Notes: generated by a model not told the origin, from the sequence alone. A stretch of DNA of 64,000 nt from a virus (IMGVR_UViG_3300012952_003952:177979-241978), one strand, 5' to 3'; positions 1 to 9,722 are shown, numbered from the stretch's first letter. Program-made: numbers and translations.

Positions 1-183
1 GTTTATACAATGATGGCTCAAAACTGTGGCAAGAAAGACGATTATTTTATGGAAATAGTCTACACGAAGAAACACGCTGATTGGTTTCTAGATGCTAACG
101 AATGTAAGACTCATAATCTAGCTAATCACTTAAGAGTCCCAAAGCTCAACATTAAAATTGATGTTGACATAGATTTTGAGTAG
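1..183 (+). CDS. C-terminal fragment of a ClpP-like protease subunit (5' truncated by window)
   Basis: Open frame 1 from base 1 to TAG at 181-183: ...NCGKKDDYFMEIVYTKKHADWFLDANECKTHNLANHLRVP, resembling the ClpP C-terminal D-x-F/W-L-x-A-x-E-A/C segment. Confidence 0.55.
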   Translation, partial: VYTMMAQNCGKKDDYFMEIVYTKKHADWFLDANECKTHNLANHLRVPKLNIKIDVDIDFE

Positions 184-192
184 GTTTCTAAA

Positions 193-1128
193 ATGGCTAT
201 CGATAAAGTCTTCTACAACAAGAGCTCTTCAGACTCTCTCGGTTGGGAACCAAACTGGTTTGGCGCTAAATATCACGACGAAGATTTAGTAAAAGCAATC
301 CGATCTTGGCAAAAAGCAAGAGGCCTAACAGCAGATGGCTTGTGTGGCCCCTCTACTTATAGGAGAATTTGGACAGAAAGAGATGCCGAAATAGGGAATC
401 ATGTTAAATATAACCACAACCACAGTGGCGACTCTTTCATAATTCATAACAGTAAACCAATTTTGATAGAATGGGATAAAGTAGTTTTGTGGTCAGATAG
501 TGGTGGGTTAAAAATGAAGCCTGGCACTTATTATGATTACGCAGGTAAAAAAGATAGAAAACCAACTCATTTCGTTAACCATTGGGACGTGTGTTTAAGT
601 TCTGAGTCATGTGTAAAAGTTTTAAACAGGAGAGGCGTCTCAGTTCATTTTTGCATCGACAATGACGGCACCATTTACCAAATTTTAGATACTCAGCATG
701 GCGCTTGGCACGCGGGGAATGTCTATGGTAATAAGCACGGCATTGGCGTTGAGATCAGCAATGCATATTACACAAAATACCAGGATTGGTACTCTAGAAA
801 CGGTTTTGGCGAGCGGCCAATTCAAGAAAACGGATACGTTCATGGCAGAACTTTAGACCCCTTTACTGATTTCTACCCTGTCCAAATAGAAGCTCTTAAA
901 GCTCTTTGGAAAGCTTGCCACGTTGGTATGGAAATACCGTTAGAATATCCAAAAAATTCTAGTGGGCATATTGAAACTGGGGTTCATAAAGATGTCGCAA
1001 AAGGTAGGTTTTCTGGATTTTGTAATCACTATAATTTCACGAGAAATAAAATAGATTGCGCTGGTTTAGATCTTCCAACCCTTTTGGAAGAAGTAAAAAA
1101 CACGCCAATGTACTGTTTGGATAAATAA
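193..1128 (+). CDS. Endolysin-like N-acetylmuramoyl-L-alanine amidase with N-terminal peptidoglycan-binding domain
   Basis: PG-binding motif WQKARGLTADGLCGPST; amidase_2 motifs HWD, SVHFCID, AWHAG, GVEISN, NHY, IDC. Confidence 0.85.
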   Translation: MAIDKVFYNKSSSDSLGWEPNWFGAKYHDEDLVKAIRSWQKARGLTADGLCGPSTYRRIWTERDAEIGNHVKYNHNHSGDSFIIHNSKPILIEWDKVVLWSDSGGLKMKPGTYYDYAGKKDRKPTHFVNHWDVCLSSESCVKVLNRRGVSVHFCIDNDGTIYQILDTQHGAWHAGNVYGNKHGIGVEISNAYYTKYQDWYSRNGFGERPIQENGYVHGRTLDPFTDFYPVQIEALKALWKACHVGMEIPLEYPKNSSGHIETGVHKDVAKGRFSGFCNHYNFTRNKIDCAGLDLPTLLEEVKNTPMYCLDK

Positions 1129-1153
1129 GATGATTAATAATCGCTGGAGAACC

Positions 1154-1594
1154 ATGAATTTAATATCTACCCACTTGTGTAAAACAAGCGACGTTGGATT
1201 TCATGGTAATTTGTTTGGCGGCCAACTTTTAGCTTGGCTAGATGAAGCCGGAGCTGCTCTTTCCGCAGAGTTTACCGAAACCGGAAAAGTAGTAACAAAA
1301 CATATTTCAGAAGTTAATTTTCAGAGTCCAGTTCGGCCAGGCCAACTTATTAAAGTTTATGGAAAAATAATGAAAGTTGGAAACACTTCTTTGACTATTG
1401 AAGTGGAAGCCAGAAGACATAGTATTTATAACGGAACTCAAAAGCCAGTTTGTAAGTGCCAGATGGTTTTTGTGAGAATTGACGGAGATGGAGAAGCTGT
1501 TCCTATTCCTCCACACATTCACAAAAAATTTAAAAGACCGATAGAGAGAAGCAAGGTTTCTAACCATGATAAATCTTCTAATTCAGAAAATTAA
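1154..1594 (+). CDS. Acyl-CoA thioesterase (hotdog fold, YciA-like)
   Basis: D-x-GFHGNLFGGQLLAWLDEAG, VNFQSPVRPG, VFVRIDGDGEAVPIP; start taken at second Met. Confidence 0.85.
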   Translation: MNLISTHLCKTSDVGFHGNLFGGQLLAWLDEAGAALSAEFTETGKVVTKHISEVNFQSPVRPGQLIKVYGKIMKVGNTSLTIEVEARRHSIYNGTQKPVCKCQMVFVRIDGDGEAVPIPPHIHKKFKRPIERSKVSNHDKSSNSEN

Positions 1595-1757
1595 AAAAAT
1601 TTTTAAAAAAAAATCTAATAACACCGAAAACCACCCACAGAGTAACTTAGACGGCATAGTTGATCTTGAGAGTTTTCTGAAGTACCGCTTAAAATTTAAC
1701 CCAGAAAGCAAAAAATACCAAAAAGTGTTAGAGTACTCCGAAGAAGATCTAAATTAG
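1566..1757 (+). CDS. Hypothetical protein
   Basis: ORF in gene-dense plus-strand run, overlapping previous gene. Confidence 0.45.
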   Translation: MINLLIQKIKKIFKKKSNNTENHPQSNLDGIVDLESFLKYRLKFNPESKKYQKVLEYSEEDLN

Positions 1758-1805
1758 GCTCCAATCTTTATATTTAAGAAATGTCAGTACTTCTTGGTTG
1801 GTTTA

Positions 1806-2042
1806 ATGAGCAGTGATTCTCCATGCAGCGTTCAAGATTCTATTTTAAAGCTTAGGTCTTTAAGAGAAAAGCTTTGTAAAAACGATGTTCAGTGGAAAAA
1901 AGCTTTTGAAGTAAGAGATCACGTAATAAGCAGCCTCGAAGCTCTTCAGTGTAAGCTTGAAGATAAAGATACGCCTAAAGCAGAATGCGCTATAGAGCTA
2001 AGAAGAATATTAAGATATTTTGAGGATAACAATAATGTCTAG
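1806..2042 (+). CDS. Hypothetical protein
   Basis: ORF; ATG at 1806 preferred to the TTG at 1794. Confidence 0.5.
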   Translation: MSSDSPCSVQDSILKLRSLREKLCKNDVQWKKAFEVRDHVISSLEALQCKLEDKDTPKAECAIELRRILRYFEDNNNV

Positions 2043-2355
2043 TGGTGCCGACTGGAATGAATATTCAAGGTTGGTTTTAAACCAACTAGAAACCTTGGCG
2101 AATAGTATCCAGTCTTTAAATTCTGAGATTCAGGAGCTTAAGCAAGAGATTGCTAGAATGAGAGAGCGGGAAGACCGGGTTGACGAGCTTCGAGCCTGGA
2201 AAGAGAAAGTAGACGAAGTCGCTTCCCCAACTCAGCTCGGCACAGCCTTGAAAGAAGTCGACGAACTTAAACAATTTAAGACAAAAGCGATTACCATATT
2301 TGCAGTAGTTCAATTTGCGATGGGCGCCATAGTTTTTGCGATGAGATTTATGTAA
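2035..2355 (+). CDS. Coiled-coil protein with C-terminal transmembrane helix
   Basis: Heptad-rich middle; hydrophobic end AITIFAVVQFAMGAIVFAM; GAGG RBS before ATG 2035. Confidence 0.6.
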   Translation: MSSGADWNEYSRLVLNQLETLANSIQSLNSEIQELKQEIARMREREDRVDELRAWKEKVDEVASPTQLGTALKEVDELKQFKTKAITIFAVVQFAMGAIVFAMRFM

Positions 2356-2384
2356 ATTAGCTTTTTTTGTGTTATATTTTTAAC

Positions 2385-2810
2385 ATGAAGAAATGGAATC
2401 CACCAAAATCACCATGGAATCTTGTGCAAGAGCCATATTTCGGTGATGAATGGAAAATTCTTATATGCTGTCTGTTATTGAATCTTACGACTCACAAGCA
2501 AGTTAGAAAAATTTTAGACGAGTTATTTGAGAAATACCCTAATCCAAAATCTATGTGTTTGGCTGAAGAAGAAGATTTAAAAGATTTGCTTAGTTCTCTT
2601 GGTTTAGTTAACAAGAGAGCAAAAACGCTTATTCGGTTCTCTCATGAATACCTTACCAAAGATTGGAAGACGGCTAAAGATTTGTACGGCTGCGGAAAAT
2701 ATGCTGATGATGCATGGCATATTTTTTGTGTCGGAGATTGGCAAAGCGTTGAGCCAAAAGATCACGCATTAAACTATTATCATGACTTTTTGAGGGAGAA
2801 TTATGCCTGA
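2385..2810 (+). CDS. MBD4-like HhH-GPD DNA glycosylase (T/U:G mismatch type)
   Basis: SPWNLVQE..W, KRAKTLIRFSHEYLTKDW, LYGCGKYADD, IFCVGDW..V.PKDH.LN.YH closely follow the MBD4 glycosylase domain. Confidence 0.85.
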   Translation: MKKWNPPKSPWNLVQEPYFGDEWKILICCLLLNLTTHKQVRKILDELFEKYPNPKSMCLAEEEDLKDLLSSLGLVNKRAKTLIRFSHEYLTKDWKTAKDLYGCGKYADDAWHIFCVGDWQSVEPKDHALNYYHDFLRENYA

Positions 2811-3609
2811 AGGCCCAGAATGCAGAAGAATTGCAGAGTCGCTTGCAAAAGAAGTTTCTAATAAGACCATCGTGGGTATAGACATCCTCGGAGGCAGGTA
2901 TACTAAGAAAGAACCATCAGGTTTATCAGATTTAATTTCTGATCTACCGATTGCCGTTGCTGGGGTAGGTGTTCATGGAAAGTTTATTTATTGGATTCTT
3001 TCTAAAGAACATTCGCTCTGGAACACTCTTGGAATGAGTGGACATTGGTCTGGTGAAGAGCAAAAACATTCTAGAATAAAAATCAGGTTTTCTGATAAAA
3101 CGCATGTTTACTTTAATGACACTAGAAATTTTGGAACAATTAAATTAGTAAAGGGAAAATCAGAGCTTATAAAAAAGCTTAAATCTCTTGGTCCAGATAT
3201 GCTCTCAGAAGACGTTGATAATATAACATTTTTGTCTGCGCTTAGAAAGAAAAATAAACACAATATATGCAAAGTTCTTATGGACCAAAGCGTCATCGCT
3301 GGCGTAGGAAATTATGTAAAAGCTGAAGCATTGTGGTTAGCTAAAATTAATCCAGCTTCTAACGTTCAAGATTTAGAAGACTACCAGTTAATAGATCTTA
3401 ATGAGTCTATTAAAAGTGTTTTAAGAGCTTCTTACGAAAGCGGAGGAGCTACTATTAAGTCATATAAAAACTTTGATGGTGAAATTGGGGATTACTCTTC
3501 TCGGTTTCTTGTTTATAATCAGAAAACAGACCCCCACGGAAACGAAGTGGTAAAGTTTCAAACCCCAGACGGTAGAACAACTCACTGGGTGCCAGAAGTT
3601 CAAATTTAG
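2803..3609 (+). CDS. Fpg/Nei family DNA glycosylase/AP lyase, zincless-finger type
   Basis: N-terminal MPEGPE, HGK, LGMSG, FNDTRNFG, LGPD, H2TH LMDQ..IAGVGNY; C-terminal DGRTTHWVPEVQ without Cys. Confidence 0.92.
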   Translation: MPEGPECRRIAESLAKEVSNKTIVGIDILGGRYTKKEPSGLSDLISDLPIAVAGVGVHGKFIYWILSKEHSLWNTLGMSGHWSGEEQKHSRIKIRFSDKTHVYFNDTRNFGTIKLVKGKSELIKKLKSLGPDMLSEDVDNITFLSALRKKNKHNICKVLMDQSVIAGVGNYVKAEALWLAKINPASNVQDLEDYQLIDLNESIKSVLRASYESGGATIKSYKNFDGEIGDYSSRFLVYNQKTDPHGNEVVKFQTPDGRTTHWVPEVQI

Positions 3610-3617
3610 GAGAAAAA

Positions 3618-3899
3618 ATGAGCGAAGAAACAACATACAAAATGACAGATCATTCTATTGCCCACGTGGCGAAATTAATTCAGGTTGCTATGCTAACTGG
3701 AACAGACATAGTAGATCATTTGCGCTCTGTAGAGTTTACACTCGATGAAAACGGAGGGCTAACCCCATCTTCAGCAACTCTTTCGTCTCTAGGTTCAGAA
3801 ATTGAATCTATGTTTACAGACCTTGAAAATGAGGCAAGTAATCAAAATGACATTAGCTTCGAAACTCCTAATCAGAAAACAACTATTTTTGAAGTATAG
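3618..3899 (+). CDS. Hypothetical protein
   Basis: ORF with GGAG RBS. Confidence 0.6.
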   Translation: MSEETTYKMTDHSIAHVAKLIQVAMLTGTDIVDHLRSVEFTLDENGGLTPSSATLSSLGSEIESMFTDLENEASNQNDISFETPNQKTTIFEV

Positions 3900-3937
3900 A
3901 GATTTTTCAGTGATACTTACTAACAAGGTATCGCTAA

Positions 3938-4753
3938 ATGAAAGCTACAAATATCAGAGAAAAAATAAAGCTCAACAAAAAATATACCGAGCTTAATTAT
4001 TGGAAGAGTATCTTTGAAGATACCCAAGAGCTTTTTCATGCGTACGACATAGAATTAGCAGACTTTGTAAACCAAGTATCTAATATAGTCAACGAAAATG
4101 AAGCTTCGAGTGTAGAAATTTGTGATGAAGAAAATTTGGTAAAGTTTGAAGAGCAAAAACAAGATAACCAACATCAAAATTCTTACGAAGAAACTCGAAG
4201 CGAAGAATCTTTAGAGCATGATTTAGAAAACAAAAAAGCTCCAGATTGGATGAAAAAAGCTTTTAAAGCTATTGCGCTAAAAACGCACCCTGATAAAGTT
4301 CTTTATAGAGATGATCTCTCTGAAAAAGAAAAAGAACACCTGGTAAAAACTTACTCTAGAGCTGCTGATGCAGTAGCTTCTTTAAGCGGAATTTCGCTTA
4401 TAGAAATAGCCCAATCTTTAGGAATAGAGCTAGACCTAAGCCCGAAACAGCAGATTTTAATGCTGGAAAACAAGATAGAAAAAATAAAAAAAGAAGTCCA
4501 AAACCATCAACAGATGATTTCTTGGTCTTGGGGTGAAAATGAGGGTAATATAGAAATTAGAGCTAATTTGTTTCTTCACGTTTTAAGCCATTTAAAAATA
4601 GAGCCCATCCCGATAGAAAAACTCAAAAGCATGATTGAAAAATTCGAAAAGGGCGATAATTTAGTTGAAAAAACTGACAGCCGAGATAAAATATTAAAAA
4701 GAAAGGTTGGTCAAAGACCAGCTCCTGGTATAGGCAGGATGAGGAAAAAATGA
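3938..4753 (+). CDS. Protein with internal J-domain-like segment
   Basis: KKAFKAIALKTHPDK (HPD motif) at about residue 105-120. Confidence 0.6.
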   Translation: MKATNIREKIKLNKKYTELNYWKSIFEDTQELFHAYDIELADFVNQVSNIVNENEASSVEICDEENLVKFEEQKQDNQHQNSYEETRSEESLEHDLENKKAPDWMKKAFKAIALKTHPDKVLYRDDLSEKEKEHLVKTYSRAADAVASLSGISLIEIAQSLGIELDLSPKQQILMLENKIEKIKKEVQNHQQMISWSWGENEGNIEIRANLFLHVLSHLKIEPIPIEKLKSMIEKFEKGDNLVEKTDSRDKILKRKVGQRPAPGIGRMRKK

Positions 4754-4986
4754 AAATCGGTTCTCTTATAGTGTTTGAAGAAGAAGCTCAAGGATATGAT
4801 CTAGTTCAAAAGCAGGGCAATCTTTTTAGAAATGATCTAATAAGAATAAACACTGGAACCTGTGGAATAGTTTGCAAGCTTTACGACTACCCATCTACTA
4901 ACATGACACTGGCAGAGATACTAATTGGAAACAAGCTTGTTTGTGACGTTAATTTAAATAAGCACGAATACAAGCTTATAAATTAA
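4750..4986 (+). CDS. Hypothetical protein (SH3-like beta pattern)
   Basis: MKIGSLIVF start, GIVCK; ATGA overlap with upstream gene. Confidence 0.5.
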   Translation: MKIGSLIVFEEEAQGYDLVQKQGNLFRNDLIRINTGTCGIVCKLYDYPSTNMTLAEILIGNKLVCDVNLNKHEYKLIN

Positions 4987-5717
4987 AAACATTCTCTTGC
5001 AATTGAAACAGATCCGCTTGGAGAAGCTTGAAAAGTTCTTATTTTGACATGCGGATAATAGTCTTTGCATAAATCTGCAACAGCGTCGATATTGCCAGAA
5101 TTGTCATCATAAAAATACACTTCATCTGGATCATATTGGTCTATGTAAGATTTCATTATGCTTGCTTTAGCGCTAGGGTTCCCTCCCATATCACCAGCAG
5201 TATGAATGTCTCCACTAGAAATGCTTAATCCTTGAGAATTTAGAAATTGAGAAATGTCTTCTCTGTTCGTAGCTTTTACAGAGTTTCCCCTAAGAGAATC
5301 TAGATCTTGGTTACCAGATCTTGCTGTTATGATTATCACTAAAGAGCTAGGGCTACTCTGCGCGCTTTTAGCTATATTCAATATATTTTCTATTGGAGAA
5401 GTAGAATCAATGTTTACGCCGGCAGTTTCTGAAAAATCGAAAACATCTTCTAGCTCATTAGAAGAAAGGTAATCTAAATCTTTTCTTGCTTTTTGCTCAT
5501 AGTGCGCAAAGTCTTCTGATGAAAACCAAACTATTTCATTTTCAGTGCCTTTATTCTCTACAGAGTTAAAATCTAGTGAATTGTCTAATATCCAATTCAT
5601 GAATTCTGGATCAGCTTTTCCGCTTGGTTTATTTCTCCTAACTCCGATCAGATTATCAGTTATAGCTAGCGTATCATCAAAATCAAACGCGAATATTTTT
5701 TTAATTTTTGAAGCCAT
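4983..5717 (-). CDS. HAD-superfamily phosphatase
   Basis: Motif I FDFDDTL, motif II IITARS, conserved K, motif IV FYDD; start at MASK. Confidence 0.8.
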   Translation of the reverse strand: MASKIKKIFAFDFDDTLAITDNLIGVRRNKPSGKADPEFMNWILDNSLDFNSVENKGTENEIVWFSSEDFAHYEQKARKDLDYLSSNELEDVFDFSETAGVNIDSTSPIENILNIAKSAQSSPSSLVIIITARSGNQDLDSLRGNSVKATNREDISQFLNSQGLSISSGDIHTAGDMGGNPSAKASIMKSYIDQYDPDEVYFYDDNSGNIDAVADLCKDYYPHVKIRTFQASPSGSVSIARECF

Positions 5718-5774
5718 GTACAATTTCCTTATGCAAAATATAAGTATTATAGTATTATCTAACAAGAGACTCTA

Positions 5775-6071
5775 ATGAATCCTTTAAGACTTTTTATAAG
5801 AGAAATTTTAAAAGAACAAGTAGTCGGGTATACACCGCCGCAAAAAGATTCTAGCGGAGATGACGACGCCGACTTTTTAGCTTATGGAGACATGTCAAGT
5901 CCAGCGCCTGCAAATCCTTCCGAAACCGAAGATCCAGAAGACGAAGAGCAGCTTCAGACGCAACTTCAGACTACTAATAAGCAACGCCAAAAAGATTTAG
6001 ATTCAGGTGATGCTACGGCTGCTAATTACGACGGTAGGGTACTTCAAAAACTTCAAAAAACTACAGGATAG
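5775..6071 (+). CDS. Acidic hypothetical protein with LRLFIREILKEQ leader (possible virion internal protein)
   Basis: Leader resembles those in the 51.6-54.5 kb array. Confidence 0.55.
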   Translation: MNPLRLFIREILKEQVVGYTPPQKDSSGDDDADFLAYGDMSSPAPANPSETEDPEDEEQLQTQLQTTNKQRQKDLDSGDATAANYDGRVLQKLQKTTG

Positions 6072-6072
6072 T

Positions 6073-6102
6073 TGTGAAAAACTAAGCTTACTTTGATATA
6101 AT
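6073..6102 (+). promoter_or_regulatory. Promoter TGTGAA-N18-TATAAT upstream of dnaE
   Basis: TGTGAA 6073-6078, TATAAT 6097-6102 preceded by TG-A; same spacing recurs at four other sites. Confidence 0.65.
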
Positions 6103-6122
6103 AAACTATCAAAGGTAGGTTT

Positions 6123-9100
6123 ATGAAAACACCCAGCAAGTTTTTTGGTTTACACGCGCATTCTGGCTTTTCTATTTTCGATGGGCTAGGTTATCCGCAA
6201 GAACATATTGATTTTTGTAGAGAGAATGGACTAGACGGATGGTCCATGACTGACCATGGTCACATGAACGGCTTTGGTCACGCTTATTTGCACACGGAAA
6301 AGCTAAATAAAGCAGGCGGTAATTTTAAGTTAATCCCCGGCTGCGAGATGTATGTTCATCCAGATTTAGACGTGTGGAAGCTAGATTACGAAATCAATAA
6401 AACAGCTAAAAAAGGAGACAAAGAAGCTTTAGCTATTTTAAAAAAGCAGAGAGAAGCAATTCAAACTCCTCTTCTCGCTTTTGTAGATGAGCATGACGAA
6501 ACTTTAAACGTTGGCCTAGAAGGCGCTTCTTTGACCGTTGAAAACGAAGAAGAAACTAAATCAGGAAAGTTTTATGATCCGATCAAGCGTCGTCACCATC
6601 TAGTGGTTTTACCAAAAACTTCCGAGGGATTGCAAAGGTTGTTCCACTTAGTTTCTCGAGGTTACACAGAGGGATTCTATAGATTTCCAAGAGTAGACTA
6701 TAAGATGCTTAAAGAAGCCGCTAAGGGTGGCCATCTAATGGTATCGACAGCTTGTATCGGTGGACCGTTAGCCTATGACGTGTTCCAACCGCTGCAAGAA
6801 ACCAATTTTGAAGATCTCATTCCTTCACTTTTTGATGACGAATCTTTAAGAAATAAAATTCTTTCTAAGTTTGAATATTCTTATGACCAGCTAGCGGATG
6901 CCGTTGGAGAAGAAAATGTAATGCTGGAATTGCAGTTTAATAAACTCCCAGCGCAGCACTTAGTAAACAAAGCTATATTAGAATTCGCTAGAACGCGATC
7001 TTTAACAGATCAACTTATTGTTACTTGCGATTCTCATTATGCTTCTCCTGACCACTGGAAAGAGAGAGAGCTTTATAAAAAGCTCGGGTGGCTAAACTAT
7101 CAAAGCTTTAATCCAGATAATTTGCCCAAATCTAAAGAAGACTTAAAGTGCGAACTGTACCCTAAGAATGCAAAACAGGTTTGGGAATCATATCTTGAAA
7201 CGACAGAAGGCCACGATTTTTATGAAGATTCAGAAATATTTGACGCTATAGAAAGAACACATGATGTTGCTCACGAGATGATTGGAGAAATTCACCCTGA
7301 TCGTAAAATGAAATTACCTTCTTATGTAGTTCCTAAAGGCCAAACAGCGAATAAAGCTCTTTTAGAAGCAGCTAAAGCTGGATTAATCAAGCGAGGACTA
7401 GCAAATCAACCAGAATATGTCGACAGGATGAAGACAGAGCTTAAAGTTATTTTTGATAAAAATTTCTCTGAGTATTTCTTAACCATGAAAGCAATTATTG
7501 ATCTTGCTCGCGAGAAAATGCTAGCTGGACCAGGCCGCGGATCTGGAGCAGGGTCTCTAGTGAATTACGCCCTTTATATTACTGACATAGATCCAGTGGA
7601 ATATGGGCTCTTATTTGAGCGGTTCATGTCTCCAGAGCGAACCGAAATGCCGGATATCGACACCGATATCGCAGACCGAGATGAACTCATTAAAATTCTT
7701 AGAGAGAATTTTGGTAACAAAAATGTGATTCCGATCTCAAATTACAATACTTTCAAGATCAAAAGTCTTCTTAAAGATGTTTCTAGATTTTATGGGATTG
7801 AATTCTCAGAAGTAAATAAGACTCTAGCTTCTCTAGAAAGAGATGTTGCTCAAGGAAGAAAAGCAGACGGCGTGGACGCAGCTTTTGATATTAGTTTTGA
7901 AGAAGCCAAGAAGTATTCTACTAAAGTTAGTGATTATCTAGAAAAATATCCTCAAATTGCAGACCCTATCAATGTGCTTTACAAGCAAAATAAAGCACTT
8001 GGCCGACACGCTGGTGGTGTCATTGTTTCTGAAAAAATAGAAGAAAGAATGCCTTTGATTGTGGCTCGTGGCGAAATGCAAACTCCTTGGGTCGAGGGAA
8101 TGAACTACAAGCACCTTGAAGAGTTTGGTTGGATTAAGTTTGATCTCCTCGGCCTAGAAACTCTTAGAATTATCGAAAGAACAATTTCTCTTGTTTTACA
8201 AAAATCAGGGGTGGAGAACCCAACGTTCGACCAGGTGGTAGATTGGTACAATGAAAATATTGCCCCAAACGTAATTGACTTCAACGATAGCAAAGTTTAC
8301 AAAAACGTATATCACTCTGGAAGGTGGGCTGGTATTTTTCAGTGCACTCAAAGAGGTGCGCAAGCTCTATTTAAAAGAGCTAAGCCAGAATCAGTAGTAG
8401 ATTTAGCTACTCTTACTTCTATTTATCGTCCTGGTCCACTTTCTGCAAAAGTAGATAAGCTTTACATTAAAGCCAAAAACAATCCGCAGAATGTTTTTTA
8501 TGGTCACCCTTTAATCGAACAAGTTCTAAATTCAACTTATGGAATGATTATCTTCCAAGAGCAAGTAATGGAACTTTGCCATGTCGTAGCCGGTTTTCCA
8601 AAAGCAGAATGTAATAAGCTTAGAAAGATGATGAAGCCGGTTGGGTCTGGTAACGAAAATGTAAAGAAGGCTGCAGCTCTAAAGAATAAATTCGTAGAAG
8701 GAGCTTCGCAAAATGGAGTAGATAAAAATATAGCTAGCGAGCTTTACGATAGAATCTTGTATTTCAGTGGCTATGGTTTCAATAAGTCTCACGCTGTTTC
8801 TTACGCAGTTAATTCTTACCACTGCGCTTGGCTTATGACTTACTACGAGCAAGAATGGATTCAAGCTTATTTAGAAGCTTGTTCTGGTAACCCTAAAAAG
8901 CTTTCTAAAGCCCTAAGCGAAGTAAAAGCTTTAGGATACAACATTGTTCCCATCGATATCAATAAAGCTGGTAAAGCTTGGAGTTGCGTAGACGACAATT
9001 CTTTGATGCCGTCTTTTCTCTCTTGTAAAGGCGTTGGCGAAGCTGCTGTAGAAGAAATCTTAGAGCAGAGACCTTACTCTTCTATTGAAGATTTGTTTTG

Positions 9101-9722
9101 GGATGAAGAAGGAAAGTGGAAGCATGCAAAATTCAATAAAAGAGCTATTGAATCTTTAATCAAGATTAGAGCTTTTGATTCTCTTGATTGTGTGGGTCCA
9201 GACAAAACTTTCCAAAGTTATTCTCACATGCACACTGTACTCATGGAAAACTTTAATGATATCAGGAAGAGAACCAAGAAAGATCCTTATCGCGGCAAGA
9301 ATAACTTTATTAAAGCTTTAGTAGAATCTCCTCGTTCTGAAGAGTGGTCTTTCGATGCGTTGATGAACTTTGAAGAAGAGTTGTTGGGAACTATTAACGT
9401 AGAAGCTCTTCTTCCGAAAAAATTCGTGAAGAAGATGACCGAAAAGAATATCCATTCTTTAGACGATCATAACGGAAGAGAGTTTTATTGGTTCGTTTTG
9501 ACTAAAGCTATACCTAAGCTTACAAAAAACAAGAAGCCATACCTTCTTTTAAATGGAATAGCTTCAACTGGAAGGGTCCATAGAATGTTTTGCTGGGGAG
9601 TTCCTAAAGATGCTGACCTTCCGCCGTTTACTTTTTGTATAGCCGAAGTAGACAAAAACGACTTTGGGATGTCTACTAAGTGGAACAGAATTAAAAAATT
9701 TAGCTTTAATGATTTAGCTTAA
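6123..9722 (+). CDS. dnaE: DNA polymerase III alpha subunit (family C)
   Basis: PHP domain (HAHS..S.FDG, TDHG, DSHY), GPGRGSGAGSLV, catalytic MPDIDTD, GRHAGG, KFDLLGL, YRPGP, YGFNKSHA. Confidence 0.97.
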   Translation: MKTPSKFFGLHAHSGFSIFDGLGYPQEHIDFCRENGLDGWSMTDHGHMNGFGHAYLHTEKLNKAGGNFKLIPGCEMYVHPDLDVWKLDYEINKTAKKGDKEALAILKKQREAIQTPLLAFVDEHDETLNVGLEGASLTVENEEETKSGKFYDPIKRRHHLVVLPKTSEGLQRLFHLVSRGYTEGFYRFPRVDYKMLKEAAKGGHLMVSTACIGGPLAYDVFQPLQETNFEDLIPSLFDDESLRNKILSKFEYSYDQLADAVGEENVMLELQFNKLPAQHLVNKAILEFARTRSLTDQLIVTCDSHYASPDHWKERELYKKLGWLNYQSFNPDNLPKSKEDLKCELYPKNAKQVWESYLETTEGHDFYEDSEIFDAIERTHDVAHEMIGEIHPDRKMKLPSYVVPKGQTANKALLEAAKAGLIKRGLANQPEYVDRMKTELKVIFDKNFSEYFLTMKAIIDLAREKMLAGPGRGSGAGSLVNYALYITDIDPVEYGLLFERFMSPERTEMPDIDTDIADRDELIKILRENFGNKNVIPISNYNTFKIKSLLKDVSRFYGIEFSEVNKTLASLERDVAQGRKADGVDAAFDISFEEAKKYSTKVSDYLEKYPQIADPINVLYKQNKALGRHAGGVIVSEKIEERMPLIVARGEMQTPWVEGMNYKHLEEFGWIKFDLLGLETLRIIERTISLVLQKSGVENPTFDQVVDWYNENIAPNVIDFNDSKVYKNVYHSGRWAGIFQCTQRGAQALFKRAKPESVVDLATLTSIYRPGPLSAKVDKLYIKAKNNPQNVFYGHPLIEQVLNSTYGMIIFQEQVMELCHVVAGFPKAECNKLRKMMKPVGSGNENVKKAAALKNKFVEGASQNGVDKNIASELYDRILYFSGYGFNKSHAVSYAVNSYHCAWLMTYYEQEWIQAYLEACSGNPKKLSKALSEVKALGYNIVPIDINKAGKAWSCVDDNSLMPSFLSCKGVGEAAVEEILEQRPYSSIEDLFWDEEGKWKHAKFNKRAIESLIKIRAFDSLDCVGPDKTFQSYSHMHTVLMENFNDIRKRTKKDPYRGKNNFIKALVESPRSEEWSFDALMNFEEELLGTINVEALLPKKFVKKMTEKNIHSLDDHNGREFYWFVLTKAIPKLTKNKKPYLLLNGIASTGRVHRMFCWGVPKDADLPPFTFCIAEVDKNDFGMSTKWNRIKKFSFNDLA

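Noticed and set aside
6123-9722. Intein or intron in dnaE
   Set aside because: Length is normal and no intein terminal motifs or LAGLIDADG motifs were seen; the PHP insertion is short.
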